Origin: Acidobacteriota bacterium
Lineage (GTDB): Bacteria; Acidobacteriota; Thermoanaerobaculia; Gp7-AA8
Direction: 5' to 3'
Assembly (NCBI GenBank): GCA_019244185.1
Contig: JAFATB010000005.1
Location: 96,001-160,000 of the forward strand
Length of the DNA stretch: 64,000 nt
A program made the position numbers and the translations under genes. Numbering within the stretch: position 1 is the first letter of the stretch; each line of letters starts with the position of its first letter. Shown here one piece after another: positions 51,641-61,406 of the stretch. The notes beneath the pieces are model-generated. The model was not told where the DNA came from and made no database searches. It saw only the letters and a list, made by a program, of their open reading frames with translations.

Positions 51641-52291
51641 ATGTTCGAGCGCTACGACGACTGCGCGCGCCGCGCGATGTATTTCTCTGTCTACGAGGCC
51701 TCGCGCGCCGGCAAGAGCGCCCTCGGGTCCGAGCCCATCCTCCTCGGCATCCTGCGCGAGGACGACGTCGTCACGCGCGAGCTGTGGAAGGGTTTCCGGA
51801 TCTCGGCCGACGCCTTGCGCGCACGATATCCCGCGGTCGTCAGCGACGTCCCCGCGTCCGCCGAACTGCCGCTCGAAGACGACGCGAAGACGATCCTCGC
51901 CTACGCCAGCCATGAAGCAGAGGAACGGCAGGATCGCAACGTCTCGCCGCATCATCTGGTGCTGGCGATCCTGCGCGTGCCCGAGTGCGCGGCGGCCATC
52001 GTGCTCGCGGAACACGGCGTGGAGTACGAGGTCGTCTCGGAGATCGTGCGCGAGGTGCGCGTGCCAGCAGCGGACGCGCAATTCGACCCGGTGGAATTGC
52101 GCGCATCGCACCACGAACTGCTCGCCGCGATCGCGCGTTCGATGGTGTTTGCGCCGGCGCGCGAAGAACTCGTGCTCGCCGTCTTCGACGCGCTCGCTGC
52201 ATCGGGGATTCGCAACGCACGCTTTCACGACGCGGCCGCGTTCGAGTCCGCGCTCGCGGAGCTCTTCGCGGCGTGCTGGCCGCCGTCTTAG
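51641..52291 (+). CDS. Clp N-terminal repeat domain protein (no ATPase domain)
   Basis: MFERYDDCARRA...EPILLGILRE...ILAYA.HEA...HHLVLAIL. Confidence 0.82.
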   Translation: MFERYDDCARRAMYFSVYEASRAGKSALGSEPILLGILREDDVVTRELWKGFRISADALRARYPAVVSDVPASAELPLEDDAKTILAYASHEAEERQDRNVSPHHLVLAILRVPECAAAIVLAEHGVEYEVVSEIVREVRVPAADAQFDPVELRASHHELLAAIARSMVFAPAREELVLAVFDALAASGIRNARFHDAAAFESALAELFAACWPPS

Positions 52292-52308
52292 CGAAATCGC
52301 CGACTAAA

Positions 52309-52863
52309 ATGTCGAGCGTGTCCGCAGCGTCCGACGAGCTCCGCAAACTCCGCGATGATTTTCGCGGCGCTTCGCTGTTTCGCGTGCTCTCGCAGCCGGG
52401 CTACTGGGGCGTGGTGAATCACCGCATCGCGGCGGCGCTCGTGCGCGCGCGGCTCTTCAAGCCGCTGTATTACGTCTACGCGCCGGTGTGGCGCGCGATC
52501 ACGCTCATCACCGGCATCGAGATCTCGCCGCGCGCGACCATCGGCGCGGGGCTGCGCATCATGCATCACGGCCAGATCTTCGTGAACTCCGGCACGACCA
52601 TCGGCCGCAATGGCTTCCTCTACAACAACGTGACCATCGGCATCTCCGGCTTCGAAGGCAACGCCGGTCCCACCATCGGCGACAACCTCCGCGTCGGCGT
52701 CGGCTCCCGCATCCTCGGACCGATCACGCTCGGAGACGACTGCACCGTCGGCGCGAACTCGGTCGTCACGCGCTCGTACGGCTCGCACGTCGTGCTGGTA
52801 GGCGCGCCGGCGAAACCGGTCGAGCGCGACATCGGGAACGCTACGTCTTCTTCCGCGCCGTGA
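52309..52863 (+). CDS. Serine O-acetyltransferase-like hexapeptide-repeat acyltransferase
   Basis: TGIEISPRATIGAGL; NVTIG; PTIGD; VGANSVV; VGAPAK; alternative start GTG 52318. Confidence 0.85.
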   Translation: MSSVSAASDELRKLRDDFRGASLFRVLSQPGYWGVVNHRIAAALVRARLFKPLYYVYAPVWRAITLITGIEISPRATIGAGLRIMHHGQIFVNSGTTIGRNGFLYNNVTIGISGFEGNAGPTIGDNLRVGVGSRILGPITLGDDCTVGANSVVTRSYGSHVVLVGAPAKPVERDIGNATSSSAP

Positions 52864-53581
52864 GCACGAGGCCGACGCCGATCGGCAGCCAGCGAAACCA
52901 CTGGTCCGTTGCAAAGAGACCAGCCACCGCGCGCACGAGTCCGCGCATGCGACCCGCGGTCGCGACCGCGCGCAGCCCCGCATCGCTCTGCACCGGACGC
53001 CGCGCGCGGCGCAGGTTCAGCGGCAGCATGAAGAGATAGTCGTACGCGACGACGAACGGAAAGCCCCAGTAATCCGCGCGTTTCACCACGAACCCGCGCG
53101 ACGCGACGAGCCGCACGAGCTGCGCGCGCGTGTAACGACGCAGGTGTTCGTAGTACGTGTCGGAGAACGTGCGCAACGCCTCGAGCGCCGGCACCGTGAC
53201 GATCAGCGCGCCGCCGTTCTTCAGCACGCGCGCGAACTCCCCTGCCGCCGCGCCGTCATCGGGCACGTGCTCGAGCGTCTCCGCGGACGTCACGCAGTCG
53301 AACGCCGCGTCGCGGAACGGCAGGCGCGTGACGTCGGCGAGGACGAGCGGCGCGGAACTGCGCGTGCGCGCGCCGAGGAGCACGTCGAGCGAGAGATCGG
53401 CACCGATGACGCGATGTCCGCCGCGGCGCAGACGCTCGGCGACGTCACCGAGGCCGACCGCGGCCTCGAGCACGAGCGAGTTCGGCGAGAGCTCGCGCAA
53501 CTCGCGGAACATCAGCCCGACGCGATGGGCGTTGCGCGGACCGAACATCTCGGTCTGCGTGCCCCACCACGTGCCGGCCAT
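52841..53581 (-). CDS. Class I SAM-dependent methyltransferase
   Basis: VLEAAVGLG; LPFRDAAFD; LEHVPDD; RVLKNGG; HLRRY. Confidence 0.88.
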   Translation of the reverse strand: MAGTWWGTQTEMFGPRNAHRVGLMFRELRELSPNSLVLEAAVGLGDVAERLRRGGHRVIGADLSLDVLLGARTRSSAPLVLADVTRLPFRDAAFDCVTSAETLEHVPDDGAAAGEFARVLKNGGALIVTVPALEALRTFSDTYYEHLRRYTRAQLVRLVASRGFVVKRADYWGFPFVVAYDYLFMLPLNLRRARRPVQSDAGLRAVATAGRMRGLVRAVAGLFATDQWFRWLPIGVGLVLTARKKT

Positions 53582-53587
53582 CAGTGG

Positions 53588-54901
53588 CTAGTGCACCGTC
53601 ACGAACGCGGGCGCGCTGTCCGTCGAGCCGCACGGCGTGGTCACGCGGACCCAGAACGGCGTCGTCTCTCCGAGCGGCGGCGTGATGAGCGTCGGTCCGG
53701 TGGCGCCGGTGATCGGGCTGAAGGTCATGCCCGTGTAGCCGGTGTACCACTGGTACGTCTTCGGACTGCTCCCCTGCGCGGTGACGTTGAGCGTGGCGCG
53801 CGTGCCGCTGGCGACGCTCTGGCCGACCGGCTGGCCCGTGCCGAGGATGACCGGCGGGGTGCAGTTGACGACCACGTTCACGATCGACGACGACGTCGCC
53901 TCGCCGGCGTGCGAGGTGATGGTCACGACGTACGTGCCGGCCGGCGTGGTCGGCCCGACGTTCACCGTCATGGTCGAATGGATGAAGCCCTGCGCGTCCT
54001 GCGTGAACGGCGTGAACGAGACGCTGGAGTCTTCCGGCAGTCCGCTGCTGGTGAGCTGCGCCTGCGTGTTGACGTTCGCGTAGAAGACGTCGAGCGGCAC
54101 CTGCACGCTCTCGAGGTTGTTGACGGTAACGAGGTTCGTGGTCGGGACGATCACCGGCGCGATCTGCACGCCGGAGATGCCGCCGCGGGCGATGATGACG
54201 GCGGAGTCGAGAATGTCGTCGGACGTGTCGGCGATGGCGATGCGCACGTGATGCGTGACGTTCGGCTCGACCACGGCCACCGCGGTGAGCACGGTGGTCA
54301 TGCCGTCGAACTGCGTGTCGATCGACGCGTCGCCGTTGTCGCGATAGAGGTTCGTGTTGCGCAGATGGTTGATGGTGTTGATCGTGATCGGCGTGATCGC
54401 GCCGGGCGTCAGCGCGATGTTGCCGCCGTCGACGAAGAACGCGAACACGTCATTGAACTCGGAGTCCACATACTCCCGGTACTCCTCGGAGGCAAAGACG
54501 TATTGAATCGAGAACGTCGGCGTGGCGGTGATGACGTCGAACTCGATGACCGCCGCGTCGTGCGTCTTGAACGGAGCGACGATCGCGTCGAGCGCGGGAT
54601 GGCCGGGGGCGCCGAGCCCCACGCCCGAGCCGGTGTTGCCGTTCGGACCGGCCGCGTCGCTGATGTTGCCCGTGCTGAGGATGATGCCGTCCGAGAGGCC
54701 GAGGTTGCCGCCGTTCGTGAACGTGCCGATGGCGCTGCCCGAGCCGGTGAGGGTGACGTTGGAGATCGTCGCGCCCGGCCCGGTCATCATCGCCGCGAGC
54801 TCCGCAACGGACAGCCCGTCCGCCATGCTCTTCGTCGTGATCGCGTACAGCGGAGCCGCCAGCACGAGGACCACAATCGCCGATAAGACGCGTCGCACCA
54901 T
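53588..54901 (-). CDS. Secreted choice-of-anchor L-like protein with Ig-like C-terminus
   Basis: SD GAGG; signal peptide; GIILSTG; YVFASEEY.EYV.S.FNDVFAFF; IAIADTSD..LDSAV; YQWY. Confidence 0.82.
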   Translation of the reverse strand: MVRRVLSAIVVLVLAAPLYAITTKSMADGLSVAELAAMMTGPGATISNVTLTGSGSAIGTFTNGGNLGLSDGIILSTGNISDAAGPNGNTGSGVGLGAPGHPALDAIVAPFKTHDAAVIEFDVITATPTFSIQYVFASEEYREYVDSEFNDVFAFFVDGGNIALTPGAITPITINTINHLRNTNLYRDNGDASIDTQFDGMTTVLTAVAVVEPNVTHHVRIAIADTSDDILDSAVIIARGGISGVQIAPVIVPTTNLVTVNNLESVQVPLDVFYANVNTQAQLTSSGLPEDSSVSFTPFTQDAQGFIHSTMTVNVGPTTPAGTYVVTITSHAGEATSSSIVNVVVNCTPPVILGTGQPVGQSVASGTRATLNVTAQGSSPKTYQWYTGYTGMTFSPITGATGPTLITPPLGETTPFWVRVTTPCGSTDSAPAFVTVH

Positions 54902-54976
54902 ACATTCCTCCCGTTCACCCGTGGCACGGATGCGCAAGAGGTTACCGGAGAGCGGAGGAGCCGTCAAAGACGCGCG

Positions 54977-56530
54977 TCAGAAGGCGCGCCGCACGATGTC
55001 GAGAATCTCGTCGCCCGGTGCATTGCGTCCCATCGCCGTTTCGACGGCGAGGCTGACGTCGTCGCGGAACAGCGTGGCCACGGCGTCGACGCTGGTGCCG
55101 TTGCGGAAGACGAGCGCCGCGTTGTGCTCGTCGAGCGAGCCGAACGTCAGCACGTCGTCGGCGCGCTCGGCGTGACCGACGTACGAGAAGACGAGGTCGT
55201 AGTGCTGGCTCCAGAAAAACGGCACGGCCGTGAACGCGTCGCGGCGACCGGCGGCGTTGCGCGCCGCCGTCTGACCTTGTCGCCCGGCGACGACCCAGTG
55301 CTCGACGCGTAACGGACGTCCGCTGCGCGCGTCGGGAAAGCGCGCGGCGTCGCCGGCGGCGAAGATATTCGCGACGCTGGTCTGCAGAAATTCGTCCACG
55401 ACGATCCCGCGGTCGATGGTCACTCCCGCGCTCTCCGCGAGCGCGAGCTCCGGCTCGACGCCGGCGCCGATGACCACCACGTCGCACGCGACGCTGCTGC
55501 CGTCGTCGAGCGCAACACCATCGCCCTCGATCGCGACCGGCTTGCGCCCGAGGCGGAAGCGAACGCCGTGCGATTCATGCAGGCGCTGGATGAAGGCACC
55601 CGCTTCGCGGCCGAGGACGCGTTCGAGCGGCAGCTCCTCCATGCCGACGACGGTGACGTCGACGCCGCGCTCGCGGAGCGACGCCGCGGTTTCGAGACCG
55701 ATGAAGCTCGCGCCGATCACGACGGCGTTGCGCGCGCCGTCGGTGGCTTCGCGCAGTGCGTCGGCGTCGGACCACGTGCGGAGGTAGTGCACGCGCGCAC
55801 CGTCGGCGGTCGGGACGTCGAGGCGTCGCGGACGCGCGCCGGGCGCGAGGATCAGCCGGTCGTATGCGAGCGGTTCGCTGCCGGCGAGCACGAGCTCGTT
55901 TCGCGCGGCATCGATGCGCTCGACGGTCGCGCCGAGGCGCAGGTCGATGCGATCGTTCGCGTAGTCCGAGGATTCGCGCAGCGGAATCCATTCCTGCGGC
56001 GCGCGGCCGGCGAGATAGTCCTTCGACAGATTCGGCTTGTCGTACGGCAGGCGATCCTCGCGCGTGATGAGCGTGACGCGGCCCGCGTAGCCGATGCGGC
56101 GCAGCTCCATCGCCGCGAACGAGCCCGCCGCGCCGGCGCCGAGGATGACGATGTGCCCCGCGGCGACGTCACCCGACGATTGCGTCGCCGGCGCGGCCGC
56201 GTCCTGCGGCAGCACGCGCACGACGTCGCCTTCACGCTCGATCGCGTACACGCGCAACGCGCGCATGGCCGGCGCGCTCCCGTGGCCGGTGCGCAGTTCG
56301 AAACAGGCGTGATGCCACGGGCAACGCAGCGTCTCGCCGAGGAGCGCGCCTTCAGCGAGCGGGCCGTGATAGTGCGTGCAGAAGGCGTCGACGGCGAAGA
56401 ACTCCTCGCCCTTGCGCACGAGCAGCACCGCGTCCTCGCCGACGTGGCCGGCGAGCATCGCGCCGTCGGCGACGTCGGCGATGCGCACGCCCTGTTGCAG
56501 ATCGGGACCGGGGGCCGCGTCGTCGCTCAT
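54977..56530 (-). CDS. Rieske [2Fe-2S] + FAD-dependent reductase fusion
   Basis: CTHY...CPWH; GAGAAG; PYDKPNLSK; GASFIGLE; AAGD; PFFWS. Confidence 0.92.
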   Translation of the reverse strand: MSDDAAPGPDLQQGVRIADVADGAMLAGHVGEDAVLLVRKGEEFFAVDAFCTHYHGPLAEGALLGETLRCPWHHACFELRTGHGSAPAMRALRVYAIEREGDVVRVLPQDAAAPATQSSGDVAAGHIVILGAGAAGSFAAMELRRIGYAGRVTLITREDRLPYDKPNLSKDYLAGRAPQEWIPLRESSDYANDRIDLRLGATVERIDAARNELVLAGSEPLAYDRLILAPGARPRRLDVPTADGARVHYLRTWSDADALREATDGARNAVVIGASFIGLETAASLRERGVDVTVVGMEELPLERVLGREAGAFIQRLHESHGVRFRLGRKPVAIEGDGVALDDGSSVACDVVVIGAGVEPELALAESAGVTIDRGIVVDEFLQTSVANIFAAGDAARFPDARSGRPLRVEHWVVAGRQGQTAARNAAGRRDAFTAVPFFWSQHYDLVFSYVGHAERADDVLTFGSLDEHNAALVFRNGTSVDAVATLFRDDVSLAVETAMGRNAPGDEILDIVRRAF

Positions 56531-56539
56531 CGCCTCACC

Positions 56540-57121
56540 TCACGCCGTTCCGCAGAGACGCAGAAACTCGGAGCGCGTCTCCGCATTGTTGCGCAACGTG
56601 CCGAGCATGGCCGAGGTCACGAGCTGCGTCGCCGGCAGCCGCACGCCGCGGCAGCCCATGCACAGATGATGGGCGCTGACGATCACGCCGACGCCGCGCG
56701 CCTCGAGATGGGTTTCGACCGCGTGCGCGATCTGCTGCGTCATGCGCTCCTGAATCTGCAGCCGTTTCGCGAAGCAGTGGACGAGCCGCGCGAGCTTGCT
56801 GATGCCGACGACTTTCCCCGGTAAGTAGCCAACATGCGCGACTCCCTGGAACGGCAGCAGGTGATGTTCGCAGATCGAGTGAAAGTCGATGCCGCGCAAG
56901 ATGATCAGCTCGTCGGAGCGCTCGTCGAACGTCTTCGAAAGGATCTCGGCCGGCGATTCGTCGTAGCCGGTGGTCATCTCGAGCAACGCCTTCACCACGC
57001 GCTGCGGCGTGTCGAGCAGGCCGTCGCGCTCGGGATCTTCGCCGATGTGGCGGAGCAGCGCTTCGACGGCGCGCTCCGCGTCGCCGGTGTCGGGTCGTTC
57101 CACGGTTCGAATGTTCTGCAT
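56540..57121 (-). CDS. folE: GTP cyclohydrolase I
   Basis: GL.DTP.RV; [10 protein letters not shown]; GISKLAR; LQIQERMT; HLCM.CRG. Confidence 0.95.
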   Translation of the reverse strand: MQNIRTVERPDTGDAERAVEALLRHIGEDPERDGLLDTPQRVVKALLEMTTGYDESPAEILSKTFDERSDELIILRGIDFHSICEHHLLPFQGVAHVGYLPGKVVGISKLARLVHCFAKRLQIQERMTQQIAHAVETHLEARGVGVIVSAHHLCMGCRGVRLPATQLVTSAMLGTLRNNAETRSEFLRLCGTA

Positions 57122-57175
57122 GTCCGATTAGAGCGCGCGCCGCGCGATCGGTGACAGCGAACGCGCGTCCGCGCG

Positions 57176-57328
57176 TCAGCGCGGAGGCTTCGGCGGCGGC
57201 GACGGCGCTGCGCCCGCTTTCTCCGGAAGCGGTCTCGCTTTGGCGAGCGAGAGGCAGAGGCGGCGGAGTTGGGAGACCTGGCGAAGCCGCATGGTGATCG
57301 CCGCTTCCGAGTAATCGACCGGCGTCAT
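57176..57328 (-). CDS. Small protein (50 aa) coupled to the nucleotidyltransferase
   Basis: Manual translation MTPVDYSEAAITMRLRQVSQLRRLCLSLAKARPLPEKAGAAPSPPPKPPR; ATGA overlap with the upstream stop. Confidence 0.65.
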   Translation of the reverse strand: MTPVDYSEAAITMRLRQVSQLRRLCLSLAKARPLPEKAGAAPSPPPKPPR

Positions 57329-57774
57329 GACAGCCGCTCGATATCGGCGAGATCCTGATAGCTATTGCGAAAGCGCTTCAGCGCGATGAGCCCCTCGCGC
57401 GATACGACGGAGATCATGCGCCCGCTCCACGGAAGGCGTTCGCGCGAATCCCAGACGTGTTGCGTCGGCGGGGTGACGAGCAGGAGATCGAGCATCAGAG
57501 TCTCTCCATCGTGCGGGTCGATCTTGGTGACGCGATGAATGCGCACCGCGCCGTCCGCGAACGTCATCGGATGCGCGCGAAACGTGTATCCAAACGTCGC
57601 GGCGAGTTCTTCGATGCGATCGGCATCTTCCGCGCGCACGAAGAGGTCGATGTCGATCGTCGCGCGCGGCGCTCCATGCACTGCCATCGCCAGGCCACCG
57701 CAGACCGCGTACTCGATCATGGAATCGTCGAGCGCTTTCACGAGCTTCCGAAGCTCGTCCTCGAGATCCAGCAC
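57325..57774 (-). CDS. Minimal pol-beta-like nucleotidyltransferase
   Basis: YAVCGGLAMAVHG.PRAT.DIDL; LIALK...QDLADI. Confidence 0.82.
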   Translation of the reverse strand: MLDLEDELRKLVKALDDSMIEYAVCGGLAMAVHGAPRATIDIDLFVRAEDADRIEELAATFGYTFRAHPMTFADGAVRIHRVTKIDPHDGETLMLDLLLVTPPTQHVWDSRERLPWSGRMISVVSREGLIALKRFRNSYQDLADIERLS

Positions 57775-57792
57775 CGCACCAGTCTACCGCCT

Positions 57793-59412
57793 CTACCACT
57801 GCGCGAGCTGCAGCGGCCCGCCCTCCCACGCCGCCCGGAATGCCGCGCGTGTTCGCGCCACCGGCTTCTTCTGCGCGGCGAGCGATTCCGCGAGCCCGTA
57901 CAGCGAGCGCGGATTCCTCGGATTGCGCCGGAGGTCGTCGCGGAACACGCGCTCCGCGCCTGCAGCATCGCCGCTGCGCAGCAGCGCGGCGCCGAGCGTC
58001 TCGCGTGTCGGATAGAACCAGTCCGCCGGCTCGTTGTAGTCGAGCGCATCTTCCGCTTCGACCGCGCGCCGATACGCGGCAACCGCGGCCGCACGATCGC
58101 CGGACGACGCCGCGACCGCGCCGTCGAGCAATGCGCCCGCGACCGTCGCGAGTTTCTTCGGCGAGTTCTGCAGGAAGCCGACGTCGTCGCCGAGCTGCGC
58201 CGAAGCCGTCGCGAATGCCGCGCGCTCGCGCTCCGCGCCGGGGACGTTGCCGAGGTGCGCGTACGCGAGGCCGCGCGCAAAGTGGAGGAACGCCGTCGAC
58301 AGCGGACCGGGCGCGGTCTCCGGCACCTTCAGGATGTCCGTCCAGCGTCCGAAGCGGATGAGCACCTTGAGCGTCGCCGACGCGAACGCCTCGACCGGCG
58401 GGATCTGCGCCGCGACCATCGTCGCGTTCGACGTCATCTCATCCGCCATCTTCTTCGCCTCGGCGAACTTGCCCGCCATCGCGTACGACGCCGCGCCGAA
58501 GTCGAGGTTGTGGTTGTAGTACATCGCCATGTACATGCTCTCGTTGCCGTACTTTTTGGCGAAGTCGCGGTCGCGGTCGGCGCCGTGCGCGTTCGCTTCT
58601 GCCGCGAGCGCGTAGTCGCCGGTGCGCTGGAAGATGTGCGCCGGCATGTGCACGAGATGTCCCGCCGCGGGCGCGAGCGTGCGCAAACGCTCGGCGCTCT
58701 TGCGCGCGCGCCCGGGATCGTTCGACGCCTCGACCGCGTGGATGTAGTAATGATTCGCGCCGACGTGGTTCGGCGCGCGGCGCAGCACGGACTCGAGCGT
58801 GCGCACGATCTCCTCGGTGTCCTCGTTCGGCGTGCCGTCGTGCGACCAGAGCTTCCACGGATGCAGATCCATGAGGCTCTCCGCGTAGAGCGTCGCGAGA
58901 TCGAGATCGTCGGGATACTTCGCCACGAGCGCGCGCATCGCCGCGCTGTACTCGCGAGAGAGCTGCTTGAGGTCCGCGCCGGAATCCGTCGAGTAGCGCT
59001 TCGCCAGCGCCGCGATCGTGTCGCGCTCTTTCTCCGATGCGTGCGACGCGTGCGCGAGCGCGGCCTGCACCGCGTCGTACGCCTGCTTCTCGCGCGCGGG
59101 ATCGACGTCCATGTTGATGTTCGGACCGAGCGCGAGCGCCGCGCCCCAGTACGCCATGGCGAGATCGGGATCGAGCTCCGACGCGTGCTGGAACGACGCG
59201 ACCGCCTGCTCGTGATTGAACGCGTAGACGTAGCGCAGTCCCTGATCGAACCACCGCTGCGCCTCGGCATTCGACGTCGTCACCGGATGATGCAGCGTGC
59301 CGAGCCCGGCGTCGATCGCCGGCGGCGGCGCGTGGTGCTCCATCGAATGCTCCTGCGCCACCGCAGGAAGAGAAAGGAGAGCCGCGGCCACGAGAGCGGA
59401 CGTGATGCGCAT
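57793..59412 (-). CDS. Secreted TPR-repeat protein
   Basis: SD AGGAGG; signal peptide; FDQGL..YAFNH; HYYIHAVE; HLVHMPAHI; NPRSLYGL. Confidence 0.85.
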   Translation of the reverse strand: MRITSALVAAALLSLPAVAQEHSMEHHAPPPAIDAGLGTLHHPVTTSNAEAQRWFDQGLRYVYAFNHEQAVASFQHASELDPDLAMAYWGAALALGPNINMDVDPAREKQAYDAVQAALAHASHASEKERDTIAALAKRYSTDSGADLKQLSREYSAAMRALVAKYPDDLDLATLYAESLMDLHPWKLWSHDGTPNEDTEEIVRTLESVLRRAPNHVGANHYYIHAVEASNDPGRARKSAERLRTLAPAAGHLVHMPAHIFQRTGDYALAAEANAHGADRDRDFAKKYGNESMYMAMYYNHNLDFGAASYAMAGKFAEAKKMADEMTSNATMVAAQIPPVEAFASATLKVLIRFGRWTDILKVPETAPGPLSTAFLHFARGLAYAHLGNVPGAERERAAFATASAQLGDDVGFLQNSPKKLATVAGALLDGAVAASSGDRAAAVAAYRRAVEAEDALDYNEPADWFYPTRETLGAALLRSGDAAGAERVFRDDLRRNPRNPRSLYGLAESLAAQKKPVARTRAAFRAAWEGGPLQLAQW

Positions 59413-59477
59413 GAAACGCCTCCTGTCGATGTGACGAGCATCATAAGCGGAGCCCGCTCGTTTGCTAGCATCGCGCG

Positions 59478-59918
59478 ATGCGCGTGCTTTCTGCCGTTCT
59501 CTTCTCGCTCGTTCTCGCCGCGTCCCTGCACGCCGCGACCGATCTCGTCACCGCCGCCGACATCGAGAAAGCCACCGGCCTCACCGGCGTGCACAAGGTC
59601 GCGAAAGATCCGGCCAAGGGCGCGGGCGGCGAGCTGAATTTCGCGGGCAAAGACGAGAAACTCGTCGCCATCGTGATGATCTCGCCGTCGATGTTCGACT
59701 TCTGGAAGAAGAAATACGCGCCGAAATGCGAGAGCGTGAGCGGCATCGGCGACGAGGCCTACCGCACGAAGCGCAGCGCGACCACGCAATACCTCTTCTT
59801 CCGCAAGGGAGCGAACGCCGTCTGGATCCAGTCGATGGGCTGGACGAAAGACTACGCGCCCGTGCCCGACGCGGCGCAGCTGACGACGCTCGCGAAAGTT
59901 GCGGCGTCGCGCATGTAG
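59478..59918 (+). CDS. Hypothetical secreted protein
   Basis: Signal peptide ending SLHA; GIGDEAY; host-like codon pattern. Confidence 0.75.
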   Translation: MRVLSAVLFSLVLAASLHAATDLVTAADIEKATGLTGVHKVAKDPAKGAGGELNFAGKDEKLVAIVMISPSMFDFWKKKYAPKCESVSGIGDEAYRTKRSATTQYLFFRKGANAVWIQSMGWTKDYAPVPDAAQLTTLAKVAASRM

Positions 59919-61397
<1,479 letters not shown>

Positions 61398-61406
61398 CTC
61401 GCGCCG

